Of a stretch of DNA of 30,394 bases, positions 10,015 to 18,217 are shown piece by piece (position 1 is the stretch's first letter; each line of letters opens with the position of its first letter). The DNA comes from an uncultured bacterium (GTDB lineage Bacteria > Ratteibacteria > UBA8468 > B48-G9 > JAFGKM01), in NCBI GenBank assembly GCA_964650875.1, contig CAZYYF010000001.1:2037-32430 (forward strand). The letters are read 5' to 3'. Below the pieces are notes generated by a model. It did no database searches. It was not told where the DNA came from and worked only from the letters and a program-made list of their open reading frames with translations. A program made the translations under genes and the position numbers.

Positions 10015-10129
10015 GTAATGTAAACTTTAAAAATCATTATTTTTATCTATCTAATCATAAAGGTATGAGATTTACACTAATCTCCATACTGGATAACGTA
10101 TCCTTTTAAAGAATGAAAAAGTTTTTTTC

Positions 10130-10157
10130 TTGACAAGTGGGAAAACCCTAATAGATA
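10130..10157 (+). promoter_or_regulatory. Possible promoter for the plus-strand arm
   Basis: Perfect TTGACA at 10130-10135. The best -10 is weak (TAGATA after 16 nt). A GGG-AAAA-CCC mini-palindrome lies in the spacer. Confidence 0.3.
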
Positions 10158-10161
10158 AAAA

Positions 10162-10542
10162 ATGAAGTGGATAAAATACGGAAACAGTCATACAGGAGAA
10201 AAAATAGTTACAATAAAAACATTGAGGCTACCTGACAATTCAAATGTTGTACGTAGATTTAGAACCTGTACGGTTTTTAAAGATTACAAAACTTTTTCCT
10301 CTATTCCTGCGCAGGCAAGGCTTTTCATGTCTGAAAACGGCTACATAGGTATTCTTATCACAGGAAAAAATGAGGGGTATGTAAAGGTGGGCAAAAACTG
10401 TGTTTTACAACGTAGTATCATAGTAGGATTTAATGCATTAAGTAAGAGAGCATTAAGAACGCTTATACATAAAACCAATATATACATAGTAGAATTTGAT
10501 GGAATGCTCGTAGGTTTGGAAAATGGAAAAGAAAAATTTTAA
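10162..10542 (+). CDS. Hypothetical basic protein, 126 aa
   Basis: Fills the space between the promoter and cca and overlaps the cca start by 20 nt. I recognise no motif. Confidence 0.65.
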   Translation: MKWIKYGNSHTGEKIVTIKTLRLPDNSNVVRRFRTCTVFKDYKTFSSIPAQARLFMSENGYIGILITGKNEGYVKVGKNCVLQRSIIVGFNALSKRALRTLIHKTNIYIVEFDGMLVGLENGKEKF

Positions 10543-11917
10543 GCCTGAAAATATCCTTGAAAAGATACGGATATTTGCTAAAAAAAAGAATATCCCCGTT
10601 TTTCTTGTAGGTGGGTATATACGGGACAAACTTCTCAGAAAAAAAAGTAAAGATATTGATATTGTTATGGAAACTGACGCCCTTGCTTTTGCACGAGAAT
10701 TTGCCTTTGAATATAGACTACCTCCTCCGATTTTTTATGGACGGTTCGGGACTGCAATGATTGAAACAGAAGGTATAAAAATAGAATTTGCAACTGCCAG
10801 GAAAGAAAGTTATCCTGATGAATCAAGAAAGCCTTTTGTTGAAAAAGCTACCTTGATAGAAGACTGTGCCAGAAGGGATTTTACAATCAATACTCTTATG
10901 GAGAATCTAGTAACTGGCGAAGTTATAGACTTGTTTTCCGGAAAACAGGATATAAAAAACAAGATTTTAAGAACTCCTGTCAGTCCTTTCATAACATTTT
11001 ATGATGACCCTTTAAGGATATTGAGGGGTATAAGGTTTGCTTCAAAGTTTCGGCTTACTATAGAACCCGAGACTATGAAAGGTATGAAAGAGAATGTTTC
11101 CAGACTTAAAATAATTAGTCAGGAAAGAATAACCGACGAACTCTTAAAAATTCTTGAATTGTCCGTTCCATCAAGAGGTTTTTATCTTATGGATACAACA
11201 GGAATACTTGATGTTATCTTGCCAGAGGTTGCTCTTCTAAAAAAACAAACTGCAGATAATTGTAAGGAAATTTTTCCTCACACTATGAAAGTTATGGACA
11301 ATGTAAGTAAGCATACAAAAAATTCCTATCTCAAACTGGCAGCTCTTTTACATGATATTGGCAAACCTAAAACTTTCAGAGAAGAAAAGGGGAAAGTAAG
11401 TTTCCATAGACATGAATTTGTTGGAGAAAAAATGGCTTATTATATCTGTAAAAGGTTCAAAATTTCAGAAGAAAATACAAAATTCATCTGCTTACTTATT
11501 AGATACCATCTAAGACCACATCTGCTTGCCAAGGAAAATCCCACAGATAGTGCTCTCAGAAGGTTTATAAAAGAAACAGGGAAGAATATAAAATCCCTTT
11601 TTATTCTTGCAAAAGCCGATATTACGAGCAGTAGTATAACAAGAGTCGCAAGGGCAGTTGAACAATTAGATATACTCCAAAAAAGGATGGAAGAAATCAA
11701 CAGGAAAGATAAACTTACATCTTTCCGTCTGGCGATTGACGGTTATAAGATTATGGAAATACTTGGATTACAGCCAGGCAGGCATGTGGGACTTGTGAAA
11801 GATTACCTTGAAAATAGGGTTGTTGACGGTCTTCTTAAAAATAAGAAAAGGGTTTTAATAAAAGAACTAAAGGAAAACAAAAATGTGATTTTACAAAGCA
11901 TTTCAGGAGCAAAATGA
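10523..11917 (+). CDS. cca: CCA-adding tRNA nucleotidyltransferase with HD domain
   Basis: LVGGYIRD...DIDI, EFATARKESY, RRDFTIN and DDPLRILRGIRF. HD module HTMKV...LLHDIGKP. A poly(A) polymerase specificity cannot be fully excluded. Confidence 0.85.
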   Translation: MEKKNFKPENILEKIRIFAKKKNIPVFLVGGYIRDKLLRKKSKDIDIVMETDALAFAREFAFEYRLPPPIFYGRFGTAMIETEGIKIEFATARKESYPDESRKPFVEKATLIEDCARRDFTINTLMENLVTGEVIDLFSGKQDIKNKILRTPVSPFITFYDDPLRILRGIRFASKFRLTIEPETMKGMKENVSRLKIISQERITDELLKILELSVPSRGFYLMDTTGILDVILPEVALLKKQTADNCKEIFPHTMKVMDNVSKHTKNSYLKLAALLHDIGKPKTFREEKGKVSFHRHEFVGEKMAYYICKRFKISEENTKFICLLIRYHLRPHLLAKENPTDSALRRFIKETGKNIKSLFILAKADITSSSITRVARAVEQLDILQKRMEEINRKDKLTSFRLAIDGYKIMEILGLQPGRHVGLVKDYLENRVVDGLLKNKKRVLIKELKENKNVILQSISGAK

Positions 11918-12417
11918 ATAAAAAAGATATATTGTGGGCTCCATGGCGCATAGGTTATGTAGCAGGAAACAAAACAAGAGGATGTTTTTTATGTAGTGTC
12001 TGCAAGTCAGAAAAAAATTACGAAAATCTGGTATTATATAAAGGTATATATGTATTCATTATCCTTAACCTTTATCCGTATAATAACGGACATCTGATGG
12101 TTGTGCCAAATAGACATATAAAAAACATAGAAAAACTGACAGCCGGCGAAGGGGATGAATGTACTGTTTTTATAAAAGCATCCCTTAAAATTTTAAAGAA
12201 GGTTTTGAAACCAGAAGGATTTAATATAGGCTTAAATGTGGGCAAATCAGCAGGAGCAGGAGTAGAAGGACACCTGCATTTCCATATAGTTCCCAGATGG
12301 ATAGGAGATACAAACTTCATGCCTGTTATTGCAGGAACAAAGGTAATTTCACAGTCGCTGCATGAATTGTATGTCCTTTTATCTAAGGAATACAAAACGG
12401 TTCTGGGGAAAAAATAA
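11914..12417 (+). CDS. HIT-domain protein, Fhit/Ap4A phosphorylase-like
   Basis: LWAPWR, CFLC, NLYPYNNGHLMVVP, GFNIGLNVG..AGAG and HLHFHIVPRW. Confidence 0.88.
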   Translation: MNKKDILWAPWRIGYVAGNKTRGCFLCSVCKSEKNYENLVLYKGIYVFIILNLYPYNNGHLMVVPNRHIKNIEKLTAGEGDECTVFIKASLKILKKVLKPEGFNIGLNVGKSAGAGVEGHLHFHIVPRWIGDTNFMPVIAGTKVISQSLHELYVLLSKEYKTVLGKK

Positions 12418-12511
12418 AAAGTATATGAATTTGACTTTGTATGTAGAGTTACTTAAGGAATAAGAAATACAGGGTTTGAAAACATTGTTTAATCTGGTTA
12501 AAGAGGTGGTT

Positions 12512-13741
12512 ATGTATATAGCAGATTTCCATATACATTCAAAATACAGCAGGGCTACGAGCAAAAATATGCAGCTTGATGAACTTGCCCGGTGGGCGGG
12601 TTATAAGGGAATAAATCTTCTTGGTTCTTCAGATTTCACTCATTTTCTGTGGTACCATGAATTGAAAGAAAAACTCAAAGAGACAGATAGAGAAGGCATA
12701 TATCATTACGGAGGCATAGCTTTTATTCTCACAACAGAAGTTTCTCATATCTACGAAAAGTATGGAAAGACAAAAAAGGTACACAACATTATTTTTATTT
12801 CTTCAATAGAACATGCTGGAAAATTAAACAGGGTTCTTGAAAGATATGCAGATTTAAACAGTGATGGGAGACCTATACTTCCTTTTGAGGCAAAAGAGAT
12901 TGTAAATATCGTTTCTGATGTGGATGAAAAAGGTTTTGTTGTCCCTGCCCATATATGGACCCCTCATTTTTCTCTTTTTGGTTCCAATTCAGGATTCGAT
13001 ACTATTGAAGAATGTTTTGAAGAAACAGTAAAAGAAATATTTGCTCTTGAAACAGGTTTAAGTAGCGATCCCGCGATGAACTGGATGGTTTCTGCTCTTG
13101 ATAAGTTTTCGCTTATATCTAACTCTGATGCCCATTCTCCATGGAAAATCGGCAGAGAAGCCAATGTTTTTGACTCTGCTTTTAGTTTTTCTGAATTAAA
13201 AAATATATTGAAATCTAAAGACCGCAAGAGGTTTCTTTTTACCGTTGAGTATTTTCCTGAAGAAGGGAAATACCATTTTGATGGACATAGAAATTGTAAT
13301 GTGTGTCTCTCTCCTGAAGAATCATTAGAAAAAAATAATTTATGTCCCGTATGCGGCAGGAAAATTACAATAGGTGTTTTGCATCGTGTACGGGATCTTG
13401 CTGACAGGGATTACGGGACAAAACACAAAGATAGCATACCTTTCAAAAAACTTATCCCTCTCTCTCAGATAATAGGTTTTGCTTTAAATAAACCTGCTGA
13501 TTCTATATCAGTAAGAAATAAACTGATTGAAGCTGTAAAAAGCATAGGAAGTGAATTTTCAATTCTTTTTGAAATCCCTCTTAATGAATTAAAAGGGAAA
13601 ATAGATGGAAATATTGTGGACCTGCTTTACAAGATGAGAGAAGGTGAGATACAAATAAAACCAGGTTATGATGGCGAATTTGGAACAATCAAAATTTCAG
13701 GTGAATCTAATCAAGATGCGGATATACAATCCCTTTTTTGA
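12512..13741 (+). CDS. PHP-domain endonuclease Q-like protein (TIGR00375-type) with Zn-finger
   Basis: ADFHIHSKYSRATS, PAHIWTPHFS, ETGLSSDP, SNSDAHSP, GKYHFDGH, CPVCG and PGYDGEFG. The start was moved to the ATG at 12512 (after GAGGTGG). Confidence 0.82.
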   Translation: MYIADFHIHSKYSRATSKNMQLDELARWAGYKGINLLGSSDFTHFLWYHELKEKLKETDREGIYHYGGIAFILTTEVSHIYEKYGKTKKVHNIIFISSIEHAGKLNRVLERYADLNSDGRPILPFEAKEIVNIVSDVDEKGFVVPAHIWTPHFSLFGSNSGFDTIEECFEETVKEIFALETGLSSDPAMNWMVSALDKFSLISNSDAHSPWKIGREANVFDSAFSFSELKNILKSKDRKRFLFTVEYFPEEGKYHFDGHRNCNVCLSPEESLEKNNLCPVCGRKITIGVLHRVRDLADRDYGTKHKDSIPFKKLIPLSQIIGFALNKPADSISVRNKLIEAVKSIGSEFSILFEIPLNELKGKIDGNIVDLLYKMREGEIQIKPGYDGEFGTIKISGESNQDADIQSLF

Positions 13742-14774
13742 TTTTTTTTACGAGAGGTTTATCTACCGTAAAAAATCCCTTGTTTTCAAAACTCTTTCAT
13801 TTTTGTTGATACCCTTTTCTTTGTTTTATCTACTAACTATAAGCCTTATGAAATTGTTCATACGTCCTAAAAAGTATTCTTTTCCTATTATCAGTGTGGG
13901 AAATATAGTAACAGGAGGAACAGGAAAAACCCCTTTGGTAACCTATCTTTCCGAAAGATTCATAAGAGATAATTTTAAGGTTATAGTATTATCTTCTGCC
14001 GCAGAAAAAAGTATAAAAAAATATTCTTCAACTGAAAGGGATGATGAACTCCGTATGCTTAAAGAGCAACTGCCAGGTATAATAGTAGAATCTAAACGTA
14101 GAGATAAACTTATAAGCGTAGAAAAAATCGCGTACAGCAACAAAGTTATAGCTATTATTGACGATGGTTTCCATTCACATGCTATTAAAAAAGATGTTGA
14201 TATTCTCATAATTGACGCCTCCAATCCATTTGACAATCACCTCATTATACCATCAGGACTTTTGAGAGAACCTGTATATTTTGCGAAAAGGGCAGATGTT
14301 TTTGTGCTTTCTCACCCTTATATGGTTCCAAGAGAACAGTTAGATAAGATTGCTACAAAATTGAAAGGGTTCGGTAGACCTGTTTTTGTTATGGACTATG
14401 AGATAAAAGGATTGAAAAGTGATAAAGGCTCTCTGCCTTGTCTTGAGATAGACGGTAAAGAAATTATAGGGCTGGCAGGATTGGGTAACCCAAGAAACTT
14501 TTTTTACTTGCTGACTAAACTTAACCCAGTGAAAATTCACCCTATAGTCTATCCTGACCATTTTTCTTACAGAACCGAGGATATTGAGCGGATTGCTCTC
14601 GCACGTTCAAAAAATAATGCTTCCTATATCATTACTACTGCAAAGGATTATGTGAAGTTGAAAAAAATTGTCGGAGAGTTACCTGTTTTTTATCTGGATA
14701 TTAGAAGCAAAATGGAAAATTTCTACGAAAAAAAAGATTTTGACAGATTTATACGTTCTATGTTAAAATTATAA
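13716..14774 (+). CDS. lpxK: Tetraacyldisaccharide (lipid A) 4'-kinase
   Basis: ISVGNIVTGGTGKTP, IIDDGF, PSGLLREP, YPDHF and TTAKD. Likely start is the ATG at 13716. Confidence 0.9.
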   Translation: MRIYNPFFDFFYERFIYRKKSLVFKTLSFLLIPFSLFYLLTISLMKLFIRPKKYSFPIISVGNIVTGGTGKTPLVTYLSERFIRDNFKVIVLSSAAEKSIKKYSSTERDDELRMLKEQLPGIIVESKRRDKLISVEKIAYSNKVIAIIDDGFHSHAIKKDVDILIIDASNPFDNHLIIPSGLLREPVYFAKRADVFVLSHPYMVPREQLDKIATKLKGFGRPVFVMDYEIKGLKSDKGSLPCLEIDGKEIIGLAGLGNPRNFFYLLTKLNPVKIHPIVYPDHFSYRTEDIERIALARSKNNASYIITTAKDYVKLKKIVGELPVFYLDIRSKMENFYEKKDFDRFIRSMLKL

Positions 14775-14799
14775 AAATCTTTTAGATATTTCTAACACC

Positions 14800-14823
14800 T
14801 AAAACATCAAATAAAACATCAAA
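14800..14823 (+). repeat. Perfect tandem 12-bp direct repeat TAAAACATCAAA x2 upstream of guaA
   Basis: Copies at 14800-14811 and 14812-14823, about 13 nt before the AGGAGG RBS. An 11/12 copy lies at 15784-15795. Confidence 0.85.
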
Positions 14824-14847
14824 CAGAATTATCAGAAGGAGGTTTAT

Positions 14848-15783
14848 ATGGGATTTGGACCTGCCAAATTTATAAGGGAAAAAATAAAAGAGCTGGATAA
14901 AAAGACTGAAGGGCAAAAAGTAATTGTCGCGACATCAGGTGGAGTTGACAGTATGACCTGTGCTATGCTTACATTCAAAGCCATAGGCAACAGACTCATA
15001 GTGCTATATCTGGATAATGGATTGATGAGACAGGGAGAAACCGAAGAAGTAAACAATTTTTTTGCTAAAATGGGTATAGAATTGCAGATATGGGATGTTA
15101 AAGAGAAATTTTTTGATGCCCTTAAAGGTAAGAAAGACCCTGAAGAAAAAAGAATAGCGTTCAGGGATATTTTTTATAAAACCCTCAGACAGGCAATAAA
15201 AAGTTATTCTGCTGAATTTCTTGTGCAGGGAACAATCGCAGCAGATATAGTAGAGACACAAAAGGGCATTAAAACCCAGCATAATGTGCTTTCTCAGATA
15301 GGAATAAATCCTGCCACTTATGGACTGAAAATTATTGAACCTCTGAAGGAACTATATAAACCACAAGTAAGAATGGTGGCAAAACAGCTTGGGTTGCCGA
15401 AAAAAATTTATGAAAGGAAACCTTTTCCTGGTCCAGCGTTAGCTACAAGAATTATCGGAGAAGTTGTCCCTGACAGAGTAGAAAAGGTGAGAATTGCGAC
15501 TATGATTGTAGAAGATTTAATCAAAGAAAGAAATGTGTTTCAGGTTTTGGCTGTCCTTTTGTCTGATAAAGCCACAGGTAACATAGACGGCAAAAGAATT
15601 TATGGGGATATTATTGCAATAAGGGCAGTTGAATCAAAAGATGCTATGACTGCTACACCGTGTAAACTTCCGTGGACAAAGCTTGAAAAAGTTAGAAATA
15701 AAATCCTTGCAGAGGTTCCAGGAGTGGTGAAGGTTGTCTATGATATTACTCCAAAACCACCAAGCACTATTGAATATATCTGA
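14848..15783 (+). CDS. guaA: GMP synthase, ATP-pyrophosphatase subunit only (subunit B type, no glutaminase domain)
   Basis: The PP-loop ATSGGVDS lies about 30 aa from the start. Also LVQGTIAAD, KTQHNV, EPLKELYK, PFPGPALA and YDITPKPPSTIEY. Length 311 aa, versus about 510-525 for fused GuaA. Confidence 0.93.
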   Translation: MGFGPAKFIREKIKELDKKTEGQKVIVATSGGVDSMTCAMLTFKAIGNRLIVLYLDNGLMRQGETEEVNNFFAKMGIELQIWDVKEKFFDALKGKKDPEEKRIAFRDIFYKTLRQAIKSYSAEFLVQGTIAADIVETQKGIKTQHNVLSQIGINPATYGLKIIEPLKELYKPQVRMVAKQLGLPKKIYERKPFPGPALATRIIGEVVPDRVEKVRIATMIVEDLIKERNVFQVLAVLLSDKATGNIDGKRIYGDIIAIRAVESKDAMTATPCKLPWTKLEKVRNKILAEVPGVVKVVYDITPKPPSTIEYI

Positions 15784-15829
15784 TAAAACATTAAAAATAC
15801 CTATATTATTTTTCAAAGGAGCAGGTTCA

Positions 15830-17170
15830 TTGGAAAATCCGCGAATATTGAATGAAAACTGTGGGATATTTGGTTTATATGCCGTAGATACATCAAGCAC
15901 AGTGGCAAAAAACATATATTACGGTATTTTTAAACTTCAGCATCGAGGACAAAAATACTGTGGCATAGCTTCTTATGGTAATGATATAAATCTAATAACC
16001 CATAAGGGTTTTGTAAGGCATACATTTTCTTCAGATGACCTTGATTCCATGGACGGTAATTTTGGTATAGGACATACAAGTTTGAAAGAAAGGCAGCCAA
16101 TAATCCTTATATCAAAAATAGGGAAGTTTGCAATAGCTTTTAGTGGCAATATCATTAATGGAATGCAACTACGTAAAGAATTAGAGCAAAAAGGACATTC
16201 TTTCAGTACGGAATCTGATATTGAGCTTTTAGGTAAACTTATTGCCTGCTATGATAATTTCGGTGAAGGTATATTCCAGTTGAGCAATAAGATAAAGGGT
16301 TCATACAGTCTGGTAATACTTTCAAAAGATGGTATATATGCTGCAAGAGACAAGAACGGTTTTAAACCGCTTATCCTCGGTATGAATAAAAACCATTTTG
16401 CTGTTTCTTCCGAATCAAGGTCATTTGACTTGCTGAAGATTGATATCTTAAGAGATGTTAAACCTGGAGAAATAGTCTTTATAGATAAAAAAGGTATCCA
16501 GACAATAGCAAATGTTGAGTGTCATAAACCGGCTTTTTGTGCTTTTGAATGGGCATATATCGCATCAATAGATTCAGTGATAGAAGGCATACCTGTAATA
16601 GAAGCGCGAGAAAATTTCGGAAGTAAACTTGCTTCTTATGATAAAAACATTGAAGCAGACATTGTTGCCCCAGTGCCTTTTTCTGGAATAGGATGCGCTC
16701 TTGGATATCACAAAACATCAGGTATCCGATATGAAGAGGTTTTTCTTATAGACAGGTTTGCCAGCAGGAGCTACACCCCTTTGACACAAGAAAGTAGAGA
16801 CGAAGAAGCTAAAATTAAACTTTCTGTAATAAAATATAACGTCAAGGGGAAAAAAATCATTTTGTGTGACGATTCTATTGTAAGAGGAACACAAATAAGG
16901 TTTAAGGTTAAAGAATTGAAAGAAGCAGGTGCAAAAGAGGTTCATGTAAGGATTGCCTGTCCTCCACTTATAGCACCATGTTTTTACGGTATTTCAACCC
17001 GTTCGTATAATGAACTTGCCGCCAGGAAATTTTCTGTAGAAGAGATAAGAAAAAAAATTGGGGCGGATACCTTGAAGTATAATTCCCTTGAAGATTTTAT
17101 TTCATCTATAGGATTACCTGCAGATAAACTCTGTTTATCCTGCTTTACAGGACAAATGGTAGAGGAATGA
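15830..17170 (+). CDS. purF: Amidophosphoribosyltransferase (Fe-S type with propeptide); divergent glutaminase domain
   Basis: TTG start after AAGGAG gives MENPRILNEN-CGIFG. Also LQHRGQ, ARDKNGFKPL, DDSIVRGT, and Fe-S cysteines (CAFE, PCFYG, CLSC). Confidence 0.9.
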   Translation: MENPRILNENCGIFGLYAVDTSSTVAKNIYYGIFKLQHRGQKYCGIASYGNDINLITHKGFVRHTFSSDDLDSMDGNFGIGHTSLKERQPIILISKIGKFAIAFSGNIINGMQLRKELEQKGHSFSTESDIELLGKLIACYDNFGEGIFQLSNKIKGSYSLVILSKDGIYAARDKNGFKPLILGMNKNHFAVSSESRSFDLLKIDILRDVKPGEIVFIDKKGIQTIANVECHKPAFCAFEWAYIASIDSVIEGIPVIEARENFGSKLASYDKNIEADIVAPVPFSGIGCALGYHKTSGIRYEEVFLIDRFASRSYTPLTQESRDEEAKIKLSVIKYNVKGKKIILCDDSIVRGTQIRFKVKELKEAGAKEVHVRIACPPLIAPCFYGISTRSYNELAARKFSVEEIRKKIGADTLKYNSLEDFISSIGLPADKLCLSCFTGQMVEE

Positions 17171-18216
17171 GAAAAAGTAAAATAGTTTTTGAAACTGGAG
17201 AGTGTGTAGAAGGATATCAGATTCTTAATCCTCTTAAAGAAAAGATAGAAAGGGTTATTTTTGATACAAGAATAGTAGGATATGAGAAGACATTGAGCTG
17301 TCCAGAATATAAAGATAAAATTGTCTGTTTATCATATCCCCTAATTGGCAACTATGGTATTAGTTATCAGGATATTGAAACAAAGGATGTTTTCCCATCA
17401 GTACTCATCATATCAGAGTTAAGTAGTATTGCAAGTAATTATAGGAGTAATATTCCATTTGCAGATTTTATCTTAAAAACAAAAATCTCGGTTATTTCCA
17501 AAATAGATACTCAATATATTACTAAAATAGTTAGAGACAATTGTAACCTGTGGGCATCTATTGTGTCTTTTGACGCAGATGTGAAAAAAGTCCTTTGTGA
17601 AATTAAAGAAAAAAAACAATCTTTCTCAGAGGAAAAGGTTCCCTTTTATGTACCAGAAAAAAGAGCCTCTGTTATGGGTTTAAGGAAACATAATATAGCC
17701 GTTTTGAACCTCGGTTTGAAAAATACCGAGATGTTTCATCTTGCATCTTCAGGTTACGGGATAAAAATAATAAATCCAGCAGACGGGGATGCAAAACAAC
17801 AGATTCTTTCTTCAAATGCCCTCTATATCACATCAGGACCATCTCATAAGATTCTTATCTCTCAGATGGCGGCTTTTCTAACAAACATCCTTGGAAAACT
17901 GCCTGTTTTCGGTGTGGGTATAGGCCATTTAATTCTCGGAAAAGCACTTGGAGGAAAAATTGCCAACAGTACTGTGAATCATTATGGTGTGAACCATCCT
18001 GTTGTGAATCTCAAGAAAAAGAATTGTATTATTACCGAACAGATGCACAGCCTGATATTACAGAGAGAAGACCTGCCTGAAGATATAATAGAAACCATCC
18101 ACATGCATGATGGAACAGTTGAGGGGTTATTCCACGAAGAGATGAAAGCTTTTTCTGTCAGTTTCATCCCACAGGAAGAACATTTCCAGAGGTTTTTTTC
18201 ACTGATAGAGGAATAA
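17167..18216 (+). CDS. carA: Carbamoyl-phosphate synthase small subunit homolog lacking the catalytic Cys/His/Glu
   Basis: N-domain [11 protein letters not shown]...YPLIGNYG, plus NHPV and DGTVEGL. Coupled to purF (ATGA) and directly upstream of carB. Active-site motifs read GVGIGHL and SVSFIPQ. Confidence 0.88.
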   Translation: MRKSKIVFETGECVEGYQILNPLKEKIERVIFDTRIVGYEKTLSCPEYKDKIVCLSYPLIGNYGISYQDIETKDVFPSVLIISELSSIASNYRSNIPFADFILKTKISVISKIDTQYITKIVRDNCNLWASIVSFDADVKKVLCEIKEKKQSFSEEKVPFYVPEKRASVMGLRKHNIAVLNLGLKNTEMFHLASSGYGIKIINPADGDAKQQILSSNALYITSGPSHKILISQMAAFLTNILGKLPVFGVGIGHLILGKALGGKIANSTVNHYGVNHPVVNLKKKNCIITEQMHSLILQREDLPEDIIETIHMHDGTVEGLFHEEMKAFSVSFIPQEEHFQRFFSLIEE

Positions 18217-18217
18217 A

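Noticed and set aside
12431-12459. TTGACT-N17-TAAGGA possible internal promoter before the EndoQ-like gene
   Set aside because: The -10 lacks the conserved final T; expected by chance in AT-rich DNA.
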